Positions 4,337-5,219 of a stretch of 5,219 nt of DNA are shown here, one piece after another. The notes beneath the pieces were generated by a model. The model was given only the letters and a program-made list of their open reading frames with translations. It ran no database searches and was not told the origin of the DNA. The position numbers and the translations under genes are program-made. Source of the stretch: Candidatus Heimdallarchaeota archaeon (GTDB taxonomy: Archaea > Asgardarchaeota > Heimdallarchaeia > JABLTI01); assembly GCA_030602675.1 (NCBI GenBank), contig JAUVZH010000236.1, positions 1-5,219 on the forward strand, read 5' to 3'. Each line of letters begins with the position of its first letter. Position 1 is the stretch's first letter.

Positions 4337-5219
4337 ATGAGAAGGACTAAATTTCATTTACTTTCATTTCTTCTTGTTCTTTTTATATTTGGTAGTTTCA
4401 TCAATAACTTTCTTCCCATTACAGCATCTCATGAATCCCTTCATCCCATAAGCAAGAAAGCCAATACATTAACAATAGTAGCCTCAATTTCAATTGTAGC
4501 TGATTTTGCAACAAAAATAGGAGAAGGCATTTTCACAGTTGAAAGTATAGTTACTGGTAATGAGAATCCACATATTTATGAACCCAGTCCTTTGGAGATT
4601 CAAATGGTAGCTGAATCTGATTTGTTTATCAGGTTTGGACTTGAAGGATTAGAACCATGGGTTCAATCAGTTGTAGATGCAAATCCTGGTATAAGAGTAC
4701 TGGAACTTGTTAACAGCTCGATGATTGAATTTGATTCATTGATAAATGCTGATAACCCACATGTTTGGATGGATCCTAATAATATAAAAACAATGGCAAG
4801 TATGATTTATCAACAAGTTTCACTTTTAGATCCAGAAAATATTGCTACATTTAATACTAATCTCAATAACTACTTGGGTAATTTAGATTCTCTATTATCA
4901 AGAATTGAGGATGCTAAGGTGGATTTGGATGGAATGAAAGTTGTTGTGCATCATCCTTCTTTCAAGTATCTATTTGATTTGCTAGGAATTATTCGAGTTG
5001 GTGCAATTGAAGAGAGAGAAGGTTCAGAACCTTCACCAGATCACATTCAAAAGATAATGTCTGACATAGAGACTGAGAATGTTAGTTTAATAGTGAATCA
5101 ACCACAGTTGGAGGAGGAAACTGTAAATCAGATTGCAAGAGAAACAGGGATAAAGATAGTTGATCTAACTCCTCTACTGGGAGTTTTTGGTCTTAATTCA
5201 TATATTGCTATGATTGATT
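4337..5219 (+). CDS. ZnuA/TroA-family (cluster A-I) metal ABC transporter substrate-binding protein, 3'-truncated at the window edge
   Basis: I translated this by hand because it is absent from the ORF track (no stop codon before the window end). The product reads MRRTKFHLLSFLLVLFIFGSFI... and starts with a signal-peptide-like N-terminus. The family motifs are NPHIYEPSP, NPHVWMDP and VVVHHPSFKYL, with the tail ...VNQPQ...IARETG. The His in the third ligand motif favours a Zn-type over a Mn-type site. No in-frame stop occurs from 4337 to 5218. Confidence 0.85.
   Translation, partial: MRRTKFHLLSFLLVLFIFGSFINNFLPITASHESLHPISKKANTLTIVASISIVADFATKIGEGIFTVESIVTGNENPHIYEPSPLEIQMVAESDLFIRFGLEGLEPWVQSVVDANPGIRVLELVNSSMIEFDSLINADNPHVWMDPNNIKTMASMIYQQVSLLDPENIATFNTNLNNYLGNLDSLLSRIEDAKVDLDGMKVVVHHPSFKYLFDLLGIIRVGAIEEREGSEPSPDHIQKIMSDIETENVSLIVNQPQLEEETVNQIARETGIKIVDLTPLLGVFGLNSYIAMID

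Noticed and set aside
4318-4350. A 10-codon ORF (MVGFIHNEKD) overlapping the start of the metal-binding protein gene.
   Set aside because: It is too short and has no supporting signals. The ATG at 4337 opens a 294-codon frame with a signal peptide.

Overview
This is an AT-rich window that looks archaeal. It has TATA-like promoters, oligo-T terminators, a PAC2-type proteasome chaperone and an archaeal-type 5S motif. Protein genes, in order:
- A 5'-truncated PAC2-family protein ending in an HbYX-like tail (+ strand).
- An Mrp/NBP35/ApbC Fe-S carrier ATPase (- strand).
- A dsrE-dsrF-dsrH (tusD-C-B-like) operon (- strand).
- A divergent DsrE-family gene followed by tusA (+ strand).
- A 117-aa hypothetical protein (- strand).
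- A 3'-truncated ZnuA/TroA-type metal-binding protein (+ strand), which is missing from the ORF track because it runs off the window.

The standout is the only G+C-rich island, at about 3622-3778 on the + strand. It contains every conserved part of an archaeal 5S rRNA, but in circularly permuted gene order: the 3' half (GUUAAGCC...UACUG...GGGAA...helix I 3' strand) comes first. A 4-nt loop caps helix I, and the 5' half (helix I 5' strand, CAAAGC, ACACCCGGACUCGUCCGAUCCCGGAA) follows. The two flanks pair into a bulge-helix-bulge-like motif. Cutting it and ligating the ends would give a circle of exactly 120 nt and recreate the canonical CCCGGAA|GUUAAGCC junction. I propose a permuted 5S rRNA gene matured by the tRNA-splicing endonuclease and ligase pathway. 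This rests on hand alignment to remembered 5S consensus and on manual folding; no covariance-model search was possible.
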